From: Octopus sinensis
Taxonomy: Eukaryota
Direction: 5' to 3'
NCBI RefSeq assembly: GCF_006345805.1
Contig: NC_043009.1
Span: forward strand, 13,330,001-13,394,000
DNA length: 64,000 nt
The notes beneath the pieces are model-generated. The model ran no database searches and was not told the DNA's origin. It saw only the letters and a list, made by a program, of their open reading frames with translations. Within the stretch, counting starts at the first letter, position 1. Each line of letters opens with the position of its first letter. This document shows, piece after piece, positions 13,317 through 25,689 of the stretch. Position numbers and translations under genes: made by a program.

Positions 13317-13965
13317 CACTCTGCCGAATCTCACCGAATCTCACTCTGGCAACACGTTTTCCACAGTACGTCGGTAGCAGCATCCACTCTTGTGTCCTTA
13401 TCGGCTCAGTGGAATGGTTAATAGCGTCCTACTCGTTGGAGAACCCAACCTCCACTGTGCCGTATTTTCTTCCACGTGTATAGAAGGTGGTTAATCCTTT
13501 CATCTCACGTAGACAATCCTCAATTGCCTCTATTGGGGCAATCTCTACTTTTTTGATAGCGTTTTATAACGTCCTGTGCACAACCGTATTCGTTGCTATA
13601 TTCTTCGTCGCTTCTTCTGGTGGGTTCAGTTTTAAACTGGCCCTTTCCCTTTGTAACAAGTTGTTTCCTTTTTTCCATTCCTTTGTATCTATTTTTATCT
13701 CGCGAACCACAAGGGTGTTGGTCGGAATACCTTGTGTAGTTGCGGATGCATAACTTGCGCCACGCTCCATTTCAGTTCCTTCCACCTCTTCACCTATAAA
13801 TGGGAAAAAACAATCTCCAAAATAGGCAAAAGCAACGACAGAATTCAACAATTTAACAATTTAACGAATCTTGCTTCACCCAAGTGGGGAGACCTATAAA
13901 CAATTTAACTCACGTTCTAAAGTAACCAACACCAACCTGCACAATTTGCGAGGCGATTCTCTCCC
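12143..13965 (-). mobile_element. ORF1-only (HAL1-like) retroposon, copy 1
   Basis: Interrupted ORF: MERGASYASATT..., MLLPTYCGKRVARVR, LRVVVEGRPPKCFQCKQRGH (gag-type knuckle), homologous to the Tx1 ORF1 at 33773. Ends at GCCAAAATAAAGA with no APE or RT sequence. Confidence 0.75.
12789..13265 (-). pseudogene. L1/Tx1-type ORF1 zinc-knuckle segment
   Basis: VVVEGRPPKCFQCKQRGHMKTKY aligns with VVVEGRRPRCYTCGSEAHLKKEC at 33773-34606; the last Cys is lost. Confidence 0.7.
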
Positions 13966-16143
13966 CACACTCTCTGCGCATGTCCATTTATATTGTGGTA
14001 TAGTCCATTAGGAGCCAACCAAATAGGGGTGTTATAGTTCCGCTCAACAATTTGGAACAAAGTATAAATCATTATTTACTTTCTTTAAGTGGATTTATAT
14101 TTTGGCCGTCAGTGGAAGTATTACATCTCTAAAAAATTATTCGTGCAATGTTTTCACAATTTATATTTGCCCGTGAAGTTATGTAACCTTACAAATTTAT
14201 GGCAGTGGGACGAAATATGTGGGTTTTATCTCCAGCTGACGAAAAGGCTTCATTCAAATCCCCCCAATGACTCATGACAAAAAGTCACTATTATTAGTAA
14301 TTTCGTTTATGGTAGTGTTTTTGTATTCGATTAATCAAATCTATGACAGTTTGTATTACCAAACGACTAGTGATTTTATTTCTTTTATAAGCGCAATTAT
14401 AGCCCCGGAGGCTATGTCACCGAATAAGATGGGATTTGGCAATTTTCTAATGTCCCAAAATGACGAAACTTTCTGGATTTTCAAATCATAAAAATTTCCA
14501 TATTGAAGAATATTTATTCGAAATAACTGAAATTGCGAAAAAAAAATCAATATATTATATAAACAGTTTTAACATAACTGAAGGAAACGTCACCGCTGAG
14601 ATTTGTATAGCACACAGCTATTGGAGATTTCATCATCCCTGTTCAAATTTTGACAAGAGAAAAGACATAATAATTTCAACGTTTTGTGTTTTACGAAAAT
14701 GCCTGTGAAGGAAATGCAATGATGACAAATTAACTTGTTATATCCTGAGTCCATTCAGTGATTAATTGTCTCACTCTGTCTTGAATTCTGAAACAAAATC
14801 CCGCAGTATAGAATTTCAATTTTAACTTTATATCAACACCTCTTACAGTTGACAAAAAATACAAAACTCAAGTTCTAGTAACTGTTATACCTTGCTCTCA
14901 AAATTGACTGGTTTGAGGCAATTTGATTCTATCTTGAAAATATTTCTCTCTGTTCTTACAGAAATCGTTTTAAAGCTTAGTGTCTGCTATTTTTATTTGA
15001 AAAGTATTTGCTAAGCATAAACAATACACACACAATGCACTGTCCTTCTAAAGAGAGACGTCTACGACGGTATTCAGCATCGTCATTTGCCCTCAAATGC
15101 CACTCTTCTCTTTAATAAAATATATTTCACAGTTTGTCCTTGGAGCTTGGTTAGAGTTAGATCTCTTTTGAACATTGCTAAAGTGGAACCAAAATCAACA
15201 GCTACGGTCCGTATATTTCTAACCCAACTCGTGTTGCACTAAAACGGATACTTAAAAATATTAAGATTTCTTTCTGCTAGAGCAATTCTTAAAGAAGACA
15301 GAAAAATATTCTACCATTCATTGTTCTCGCAAAAAAAAATGGTTTAACAAACGAATAATAGCATATGGTTGATGTGCTTTAACATCAAACAAGGCACCAG
15401 CACTTTATTTCTTTTTTCAAAATATAAAGAAAAGAATTCCTACTGCAATCAAAATAGTAACATGTCAAAGAGTGAGGTGAATGGTTGTAAAAGTGCAGTT
15501 TATAGAATAACTGAGAATATTACATCAAAGTTTATTATCAGTAAAAACCATATAATTCTTTAACCTTCATTACATAGTTTAGGCAGTTTACATGAGATTT
15601 CTGTACCAAGAAATTTCATGTTTCTACACAAACATACCCAGAGAAAGAAATAATCGCAGATTTACTCATACACACCACGTAACTATAATTTTTTTGACGG
15701 AATTCACTAAACATAAATATTCGGTGCATAATTCTAAAGAGATGTATACATATTCTAGTACACCTGCAAGGACGTAAGTGTACATAGGTACGTAGAAAAA
15801 TACACACACACACACACATGTACTCATACTTGCTCACTCACACAAGTCAGGAAATGAGATGACAAAGGAATAACTGATTATCTCACGAACTTCATTAGCT
15901 TACAGTTATTTCTTCTATAATACGCAGTGGTCTGATTGTTGATGCCTGAGTAACACCTCAGATAATCCTTTGTCATCACATTTTATTATTAACTCTCTGT
16001 ACTCGACTAATATTCCTTGTCTCCGAATGAATGCCGAAGCGAAATATTAAGATGTATGCATAAATCAACGGATAACAGCAGGTAATCGAAAGTGTGCCGG
16101 TGCATTACTCATCATCTACCAATACATTTTGTATAATTTCTCC

Positions 16144-16145
<2 letters not shown>

Positions 16146-16234
<89 letters not shown>

Positions 16235-16235
16235 G

Positions 16236-16274
<39 letters not shown>

Positions 16275-16297
16275 CTATCTATCTGTCTATCTGTCTA

Positions 16298-16360
<63 letters not shown>

Positions 16361-16373
16361 GTCTATCTGTCGA

Positions 16374-16405
<32 letters not shown>

Positions 16406-16425
16406 TCTATCTATATATATATATT
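16146..16425. repeat. (TATC)n/(TGTC)n microsatellite
   Basis: Directly visible. Confidence 0.95.
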
Positions 16426-16814
16426 ATATATACAACTGATGGAGATGCAAATAGCACAGAAGTAAATCTGAGCCATTACAATTTAAGAAGGTATTTAATG
16501 AAAATGAATTAAAAAGTTATATTAAGAAAATATTACCGGTATCGATGATGAGTCTCATCTTATTAAATATCACTAAAAAATCATAAAATTTTGAAATAAA
16601 AGTAGTTTATCTTCTGTCTGGGGATCAAAAGCATGTCTGGAGATTTTTCGTTGAAGTCTTCTTTGAATACAGTTTCGTTCAGAGTTCAAAGTGTTAGAGA
16701 GCGAGAGATGGGGTGCAGTTGTACATTGGCTTAAATGAAATATTTGTGGCTCCCTGCCATGAGAGTGGCTTAAAAGCATTTATTGAATGCGTTTTTGTCT
16801 ACCTGTGTGTGAGT

Positions 16815-16853
<39 letters not shown>

Positions 16854-17149
16854 TGTGTGTGTGTATTGTGTTGAATGTCCTTTCAATATATTTGGAATGT
16901 GACCAGCTGTCAGCTGATGTGTATGTTGTGATGATTGTTTAGTTGAAGAACGAATTAGCATTATCCTCTGGGTTTGATGTATTCTTTTAACTGTCCCCAC
17001 CTGTGTGTATGTGTGTGATCACTAGCTGTGTGCCTTTGTGTGTTTGTGTGTGTGTATGTACAGACTTGTTTGCGTTTTGTGATGTTTTCGTTTGTATGTG
17101 TGTGTGTTTTTGCGATGTTTTCTTTTGTGTGCATGTGTATGTGTTCAAA

Positions 17150-17500
17150 GTATGTGTTCAAACCTTCAGAGTTAAGTCCAATCTCACTTGCAACACGAAA
17201 AACCTGATCTACGTAATCACATGTAATGGCTACCAACATAATTACATAGGCCAGATGGGCGGATCGTTACGACGGTATCACGACCAATCAAAAACAGATT
17301 CGAGTCAAAAGCACAAGGAAAATGCCTTTACGCACTCACGCTGCAACTTGTGCCGGAATGATTTCATCAAATTTCAAAATATTTCTCCTGTACAAGTCCT
17401 CTGATTATTTCAACCAACAACAAAACTAAATAAAGAAAGACAATTTATCAACAAGTATAAACCACAATTAGATATAGAACCAACCACTACCGACGAATAA
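17150..17500 (+). pseudogene. Penelope GIY-YIG endonuclease fragment
   Basis: FRVKSNLTCNTKNLIYVITCNGYQHNYIGQMGGSLR contains the IY...YIG motif of PLE endonucleases. Confidence 0.75.
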
Positions 17501-17583
17501 ATAAGAACAGACACATAAAAAAAATTATGCATATCCTCGTTTAGAAAATATTTCCCATCATTTCTTGAATCTTTTTTCCCAAG

Positions 17584-17678
<95 letters not shown>

Positions 17679-17688
17679 CATATATGTA

Positions 17689-17750
17689 CAGGAGTTAGAC
17701 AAAATAATGGAAACACAACATAATTTTGATATATCTATAAAACCGTCAAA
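17689..17750 (+). repeat. Duplicate of the Tc1 left end
   Basis: CAGGAGTTAGACAAAATAATGGAAACACAACATAATTTTGATATATCTATAAAACCGTCAAAA recurs from 17828. Confidence 0.85.
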
Positions 17751-17771
17751 ATATATACACACACACACACG

Positions 17772-17827
<56 letters not shown>

Positions 17828-17830
<3 letters not shown>

Positions 17831-19011
17831 GGTTTAGACAAAATAATGGAAATACAACATAATTTTGATATATCTATAAAACCGTCAAAATCTTGTTTAT
17901 TTTTATGTTTTTTTAAATTTTATTATCAGTGTTACTTAATATATTTTGCTGAAATTGCTGTCTCGTTTCAGATATCATCATAAAGAGGTAATTAAAATTC
18001 ATTAAACTGTCAGATCTATCAGACTTTCAAAGAGACCAAATTGTTGGTTCTCATATGGTAGGCGCTAACGCAACGAAAACACCCAGAAGGTTTGTTCTAT
18101 CGAGAAGTACTGTCGCGAAAGACATGACAACCTTTGAGAAAGAAGGTAAAACCTCCTCATCGAAAAAAATCACTGGCAGAAAATCAGAACTTACGCGAAC
18201 TGTTACAAAGGATCACAAAAGTAGACCTCCCAAAATTACAGCAGAACTTAGTGACCACCTCGAGAACCCAGTTTCCACAAAAACTGTTCGTCGGGAGCTG
18301 CACAGAACCGGATTTCACGGGAGGGCTGCAATCAGAAAGCAACTACTTTCAAAAACAAACGCTGCAAAGCTGTTTCAGAATTGGTCCTTAGAGCAGTGAA
18401 AGAATGTTATTTTCTCGGACGAGTCATCCTTTACCTCATTTCGGACCACGGCGTGGAGACAGCCAAAAGAAGCATTTGACCCAGACTGCCTTCATCCAAT
18501 TGTTAAACTTAGAGGAGAATCTGTGATGATCTAGGGTGCTATATTTTGGAAATCCGCCGGCTCATTGCAGAATTAATAGTCACGACTATTTCAGCATTTT
18601 ATCTGATTAAATTCATCCTATGGTTGCAGAACTGTTTCCAGAAAGAAACGCAATCTTTCGGGAGGATAATGCACCGATTCACACAGCTAAATTTGTTACT
18701 GAATTGCACGAGTGAAGTTGAACATCTTATCTGGTCACCACAGTCCTCAGATTTCAATATTATTGAACATTTATGGTGCATTTTAGAAACACACGTAAGG
18801 AGTCGATATACTCCACCATTATCACTACAAGAACTGGAGATGGTTTTAGCTGAAGAATGGACAAAAAATTCTTTGGAAACAATTCAAACTTTGTACGAGC
18901 CCATCCCTTGTAGAATTCAAGCTGTAATTACTACCAAAGGCGGCTCTACCTCATTTTAAAATAAATTTGCTTGAAATTTTAAAGAGTTTCCATTACTTTA
19001 TCCAACCTCTG
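17828..19011 (+). mobile_element. Tc1 (DD34E) transposon, defective
   Basis: TA-flanked TIRs CAGGGTTTAGACAAAATAATGGAAA / TTTCCATTACTTTATCCAACCTCTG. Transposase pieces VSTKTVRRELH, VIFSDES, EDNAPIHTA, WSPQSSDFNIIEHLW, with stops and frameshifts. Confidence 0.9.
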
Positions 19012-19085
<74 letters not shown>

Positions 19086-19803
19086 CAAACATATACACTC
19101 ACACACAAGCTTGTACAATCACACGTGTAAAAGAAATCAGCACAAAAACGGACACAAATAACTGTGTACATACGCACAAACGCGCAAAGACAAAAATACA
19201 CACACATAGACACAAAACGAAACATCGCAGGAGACACACTCACACACAAGTTCAAACAAAAACACACATACACTCACGTATACACACAAACACACACACA
19301 TTCGCACAGCTGGTGACCACACACTCACACACACAGAGGTGACATTCAAAAGAATACATGAAATTCAATGGACAATCCTAATTCTTTCTTCAACAAGATA
19401 TTTATTACAACATACACACCCATCAATACCCAGCTGGTCACATCCCAAACATATTGAATGGATATTGAACACAATGCGCTCACAGCACAACACCCGTAGA
19501 CACACAAATACACACATACACACACGTACACACAGAGGTGGGCATGAAACCCATTCAATAAATGCTTTTAAGCCACTATCATGGCAGGAAGCCACAAATA
19601 TTTCAGTTAAGCCAATACACAACTACAACCTCTCTCTTACTCTCTAAAACTTTGAACTCTATACGAAACTATATTTAAAGAATGAAAAATCTCCAGACAT
19701 GCTTTTCACTCCCAGATAGAAGACAAACAGTTTCTACTTCAAAATTTCATGAATTTTTAGTGATATTTGATAAGATGAGATTCATCATTGAAATCGGTAA
19801 TAT

Positions 19804-19970
19804 AATTTCTAGTCACTTGGGAGAAGCTCATAGTACAGAATTCATTTCCAATCCCACCAGACACAAAGCAAGACATTTTAGGGTGAAAACCCGCTTTTGG
19901 GTTGGCTAAGAGTGGCTCATGTCGCTTACTCTAGGATCGCATTTTCTGAACATTTCGATAGATGATCCAT
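19804..19970 (-). mobile_element. Inverted internal fragment of the neighbouring mariner
   Basis: Near-identical reverse complement of 21703-21872. Confidence 0.9.
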
Positions 19971-20498
19971 TTCTAAAAGCATTTTTAAAAGCATATTAAA
20001 TGCTTTCTTAAATTGTAATGATTTAGACTTTCTTTTGTTCTGTTTCCACCTACATCTTTTATATTTAAAAATTTGATTCGTATAGATCTATAATACTTAT
20101 TCAGCTACACACACACACGCACACACACATGTATGTATTATAATAATATATCAATATATTATGATATATTAAATACGTTACAATGTAGGTGGCTATAGCA
20201 ATTAAAAACCAAAAAGGCAAAATTAATAAACGAGGGTGCAAAGTGGCACCTACAATTGCTAGAAATATGAGCCAAAATTCAACTTGAACAGCCATACAAA
20301 AGCACTAACCTCATGAAATATTCGGGACTGCAACTAGCAACAAACCATACCATCTATCTTGGTCGAGATAAACTCGCAGAAGTTGTGGTATGCTTCTCGC
20401 AGTCTCGAATATTTCATGTGGTTAGTGCTTTTGTGTGGCTGTTCGAGTTAAATATTATCTCTTATTTCCAGCAATTGTGGGTGCTATGTTGCATTCTC

Positions 20499-20557
<59 letters not shown>

Positions 20558-20559
<2 letters not shown>

Positions 20560-20715
20560 AAATTTAAAGGACTGACCACTACAAGTGGACGGTCAACATG
20601 CTAGATATAGACGTCAGAATCGCTATTTTCCACAAAGAATGTGTTCTCAAGTAAAAGCTCGTCTATATCTAGCATGTTGACCGTCCACTTTTAGTGGTCA
20701 GTCCTTTAAATTTTG
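20558..20715. mobile_element. 158-bp foldback element / MITE
   Basis: 56-bp arms (20558-20613, 20660-20715) with a single mismatch and a 46-nt spacer, next to a TA microsatellite. Confidence 0.75.
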
Positions 20716-20812
20716 TATGTAAAAATATTTTAATCTTCGGATTTTTTTAATATGCTAGGCTACTGGTTTTAATTGATTAATATCAATTTCTACCCTTATT
20801 AAATTTTATATA

Positions 20813-20859
<47 letters not shown>

Positions 20860-20863
<4 letters not shown>

Positions 20864-21045
20864 GCCATGATAGATTCCCAGCCAATACACATTCTTTATT
20901 TTCTCTCCTCGTTTCTTTCTGTGGAAGAGTGTAGGCTCGAAAGGTTAAAGAATTTTTCACTTCCCGAGCGCTAAACTAATACATCTGATTGTTGTCCACA
21001 CCACCTGTCTTCGTCTTTTGTTTCTTTTTGTGAATTCTCCTCCTA
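20860..21045 (+). repeat. Probable Penelope-type terminal repeat remnant with a hammerhead-like motif
   Basis: CTTT CTGTGGA A GAGT GTAG GCTC GAAA GGTT AAAG at 20915-20950 has hammerhead layout but a degenerate core. Confidence 0.4.
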
Positions 21046-21055
21046 TATATATATA

Positions 21056-22340
21056 TTTGGTTGTCTGGAAAGTTTGTGCCGATTTATAGTAGCTTACCTT
21101 TCTACTTATTTTAGAACAGGGTTGAGTCCATAAAATAGGATTTGATTACACCTCCATTTAGAGTACAGTTTAAGCTATCTTTTCGGGGAAGAAGCTTTAT
21201 GTTCCTATAACCTGTGTTAATTCTGTAACCCTTTGAAATAGAAGATAAGAAAGTTCATTTTCGGCACTTGATGCTTTTCTTTTTCCGTAAAGGGAAAAAT
21301 GCCTCACAAGCAACCAAAGAAATATGCACTGTTTACTGTGATGTTTCTTCATCCGAAAGAACCGTATGGAAGTGGTTCGTAATGTTCCGAGCTGGAGATT
21401 CTAGCCTTATTGATACAGAGGGATCAGACAGACCATCCACTACAGATGATGACCAAATCAAGTCATTAATTGAGAATGACCCACATTGCACAACCCGAGA
21501 ATTGGCAGAAAGCCTCAACCTATCAAAATCCGTCGTTCATGAGCACCTGGGTTTATGAGCTTGGGTACACAAATCGCTACGATGTTTCGGTACCATATTA
21601 GTTGAGTGATAAGAACCTTTTGGATCACATTTCCATCTGAGATTCGCTTTATAAACGGAATGAAAACGCGCCTTTTTAACGCAAATTGTGACAGGTGATG
21701 AGAATTGGATCATCTATCGAAATATTCAGAAAAGGCGATCCTAGAGTAAGCGACATGAGCCACTCTTAGCCAACCCAAAAGCGGGTTTTCATCCTAAAAT
21801 GTCTTGCTTTGTGTCTGGTGGGATTGGAAAGGAATTCTGTACTATGAGCTTCTCCCAAGAGACTAGACAATTAATTCTGAGAAATACTGCACACAACTGG
21901 ACGAGTTAAAAGTAGCAATTCAAGAGAAACGTCCAGAATTGGCCAACAGGAAGGGTGTTGTTTTCCAACATGATAATGCAAGACCGTACGTTTTTTGGGA
22001 ACCAGACAAAAATTGGTGTTGTTCGGCTGCGATGTGTTACCCCACCTACCATATTCACCAGATATAGCTCCTTCGGATTTCTACTTATTCAGGTCTCTGC
22101 AGAATAGTCTGAATGGGAAAAATTTCAATCCCTTGGATGACGTAAAAATATACGTTGATGAATTTTTTGCTATAAAACCACTTCAGTTCTGGGAAGAGGT
22201 TATTTTCAAGTTAAAGGAAAGATGGAGACGCACTGCGCAACAAAATGATTCATATTTGCTTGATTAAAAATGTAATGGCAAGTATTTATTGACCTTTCTC
22301 TTTCCTTTAAGAATCGGCACAAACTTTCCGGACAACCTAA
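21056..22340 (+). mobile_element. Mariner (DD34D) transposon, full length, defective
   Basis: 29-bp TIRs TT(T/A)GGTTGTC(T/C)GGAAAGTTTGTGCCGATT flanked by TA. Transposase motifs FRHLMLFFFRKGKNA, IVTGDENW, QHDNARP, HLPYSPDIAPSDFYLF, with stops and frameshifts. Confidence 0.92.
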
Positions 22341-22381
22341 TATATGTATATATATATATGTATATATATATATTATATATA

Positions 22382-22434
<53 letters not shown>

Positions 22435-22849
22435 GAAATGAGGTACTCATATATATTTACAGATATTTATTTGAATATTACATTTTCTATATATATCATA
22501 TCACTTAGATCATTAGCGCTTTCTCCCATTCTAGTGGGGTTTTCAAATCAATATATATATATATAAATATATATATGTGTGTGTAGTTATCTCCACACAC
22601 ACACACATGCACATGATGCAGAACAAGCACGCAAAAAACAACACGAGGGCATGATACATGTAAATTATTAGCAGATGCTCAGGGAAGGAAAAAGAAAGAT
22701 GGTTTTACGTTTCGAGCAAAGCTTTTCTTCAGAAACAGAGGAAAGTTCAATAGAAAAGGAAGGCGGAGGAAAGAAAATCGCCACAAGAATTTTGTTATAT
22801 TATTTTATTCACTTAGATTTGAATGTTTACACTTTAACCGCCTTCAATG

Positions 22850-23450
22850 TATTCTCCATTTGACTAACGCATCGGCCCAGACGCGTTGCCACTGTTCGAA
22901 GCAGTTCTGCGACTCTAGTGAAGTGATGTCTTTTAACGTCTTGTTCACATCTGCAAAACGTGTTCTTTAAGGTCATTTTTCATACTGAGGAAAATATTTC
23001 TCATGGAGAAAGATTGGGTCAATAGGGATGTGTCAATGCGGTGTGCGCAGGCACATTGACGTGATATTACCACTCCCCACTCTGCCACAGGTCGAGGTGT
23101 TTCCGTCTATTTGCGTCTCGCAAATGCTTCAGAACTGCCAAGTAAAATGTCTGGTTAACAGATTCAGCAAGAGGAATGAATTCCATGTGGACAGTTCTTT
23201 TCACACCGGTGAAACAAATCAGCATCATCTAGACACTGGACTTCATTTAACGCGCTTATTTGGAGTGTGGTGACATCGAATGCTTCCATTGACTTGATTG
23301 TTGCTTCGTTTGTGGGTCGTAGCCGTAGCACCAGTGATGACCTTCGAAAAAAGATTTGGATCAACACCCAAACTGTTCTTCCAGTTCACGACACGCATTC
23401 CGTCGTGACTGCTTTTGATCCACCTTGAGCAAGCGCAGCACACATTTTAC
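22850..23450 (-). pseudogene. Mariner transposase fragment, different subfamily
   Basis: Reverse-strand pieces DPNLFSKVITG, VHMEFIP, VNQTFYLAVLKHLRDANRRKH and NVPAHTALT. Confidence 0.75.
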
Positions 23451-24659
23451 AGCAACTCTTTTCTCCTTGCTTCCCCGTTTGGAGACTTTAAAGTCCTAGA
23501 AATAAATTTTCTTGTATCTCCTTCCTTATTGGTCTCTTTTCTCCATCAGTCAACCTTTCCCACAAGATAACGCAGACAAATGGAACACCCTAATTTACAT
23601 CGTATTTAACTTTTTTGCTTTACACCACTGTGTATATCCTGTTATCCCTTTACGCTTGTGTAGAAACGACATCTTTGATACCATCGTCATTGACAAAGAA
23701 ACTAATTTTGCTATTGTCACCAATAAGACCACTGACTTTTGCATTACCGCTGCTAAGTAATATACTGATTAATGAATTCTAAATATAATAATAATAATTA
23801 TTACCTTTATCAATTGTTATTCTTGAGTTTTTCTGTGTGTTTATTTTGTTTGGTTTCTTTTGCTGTTGCCAATATAACAACCAGTTTGTGTATGCAGTGT
23901 CATAGTTAGCTTCTTGCAAGTAGAAAGTTTTCTTAAAATCGTGACGATATTTTTACTTCAACATTGTAACGATTATTATGAATCTCTATGGATGATACAT
24001 TAAGAGTATTTGTTTCCTCTTATTGTATTCTTGCCAGTGAACTGTTTTGCCTAAAATGTAGACCTTTTTCGTATATAGATAAAAGCTGTGTCCTCATATA
24101 ACCATTCTGTGAATCTGAAATGGTATACTAAATTTTGTGGTCTTCTGTGAGCTGATTTACAAATCTGCAGTTATCAATGCAAAGTACTTGTTTATAAAGG
24201 TATGATTTCCATAATAATGCCTGTCTTTTCTATGTTAAATTCAATTATTTTCATATTTTTCTAAATTTGCTGGCTTGTCTACCTAGAGGCTTATTATTCA
24301 TGAACATCATATATTTGAATTTATTTTTGTACTAATAGATTTTTCTCTTAATCTGTACTTAACCTTTTCTTTCGTATGAGTTTCAGAATTTGCCAGGATT
24401 TTACGTGTTTGTTCCAATCCATTTTAGACTTCACTGTATTTGCCTCATTGAAAATGAGAGTTCAGAATTTTTTATGAAATAAAATCGGAATATTCCTAAT
24501 GCAGAGTCAAGCCGAGTTCAACCCTATTTACATTCTTGAAATGTATTTTCAAGGAGAATCGAAATTCTGCGAAGAGTCAAATGTATTCCATATATAAAGG
24601 CAGAGAATGGGTTTCCCCGATCAAGTAACGTAAATGTAGAAACACTTCAAATTAGTCGT

Positions 24660-24875
24660 CAGTGCCTTAATAAATATATAGTTTATAAGGGTACAATTTC
24701 TACTAACATGGAAACTTTCCATTTTACAGGGGTAACAACATCACAGTTTAGACGGTGATATTATAACCACATCCACTGTTTTAAGAGCTTAAATAAACGT
24801 AAATTTACATCCATGGCTCAGCTAGTGTGGGATTTGAAACGAGAAAAATACCATATGAATTATGAAATATTCTGA
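24660..24875 (+). pseudogene. Penelope GIY-YIG C-terminal fragment
   Basis: Hand translation QCLNKYIVYKGTISTNMETFHFTGVTTSQFRR*YYNHIHCFKSLNKRKFTSMAQLVWDLK resembles the PLE endonuclease region (CL..NIVYKA...YIG...RYYNH...VWELK). Not in the ORF track because of the stop. Confidence 0.6.
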
Positions 24876-25689
24876 TCTGCATTGAGAACTTCTGTTTTTA
24901 TGGCTTCTTATATTCAACAACATTTGCTAAAATCTTTGCATTCTATATTTCGTATGATATTTTCTATATTCTGCGAAACAATTAATATTCTACAGAACTG
25001 TCAATAACTTCAGTTTAAGTTGAATATTTTGCATATTTCAAAATTGGTGATAGATCGCTCTGCGCCAAAATTGCTTTTTTCCCTGTCATTTTATCTTGTT
25101 CCGCTTCAAAATATATGAGAAAGTCTTAATATTTAAAGGTTCACATGTGTATCGTGTCTATGTGTATCTATGTATATAGCGTGTATTTGAATATGTATGT
25201 GTATGTGTTTATATATGTATGTATATGAATATATATACTTAAATATATCTAGGTATGTGTGCTTATGCGTGTATGTCCATACACATGTATGTGTATGTAT
25301 ATGTGTATGCATATATATATATACATTTATGGATATTATTTACATTTTTTATTTACACTTCATATTTTTAATTTTATATGTTATATTTATAGACTGTTGC
25401 ATCACTAATATTTTAATTTTTAATTTTGACTTTCAATATTCGTGCATAATTCAACATGAGAGTCACAGATCTATGCCACACCAGTGATAGTTTATCTTCT
25501 TTTAGTTACCCTATTTTAATTTAATTTATTCTGATATATTGTTTTCGCTTTACCACATTTTGTAACATTTTAATATAATTTAACATTTCTATTTCATACA
25601 TATTTTGAGACACTTGTATTTTCATAAATTTACATTTTTGCCCATTTCTGAAGTCTTTACACATCTACAATCCCAAGGTGTCATGTTTT

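Larger units (their letters stand above)
16455..20040 (+). mobile_element. Penelope-like element remnant with inverted terminal repeats, interrupted by Tc1 and mariner DNA
   Basis: 16455-17110 is the diverged reverse complement of 19220-20040; GIY-YIG fragment at 17150-17500 lies between them; hammerhead-like motifs in both arms. Confidence 0.7.

Noticed and set aside
23460-24450. Possible decayed retroelement ORF (SMDDT)
   Set aside because: A single weak motif with no supporting colinear motifs.
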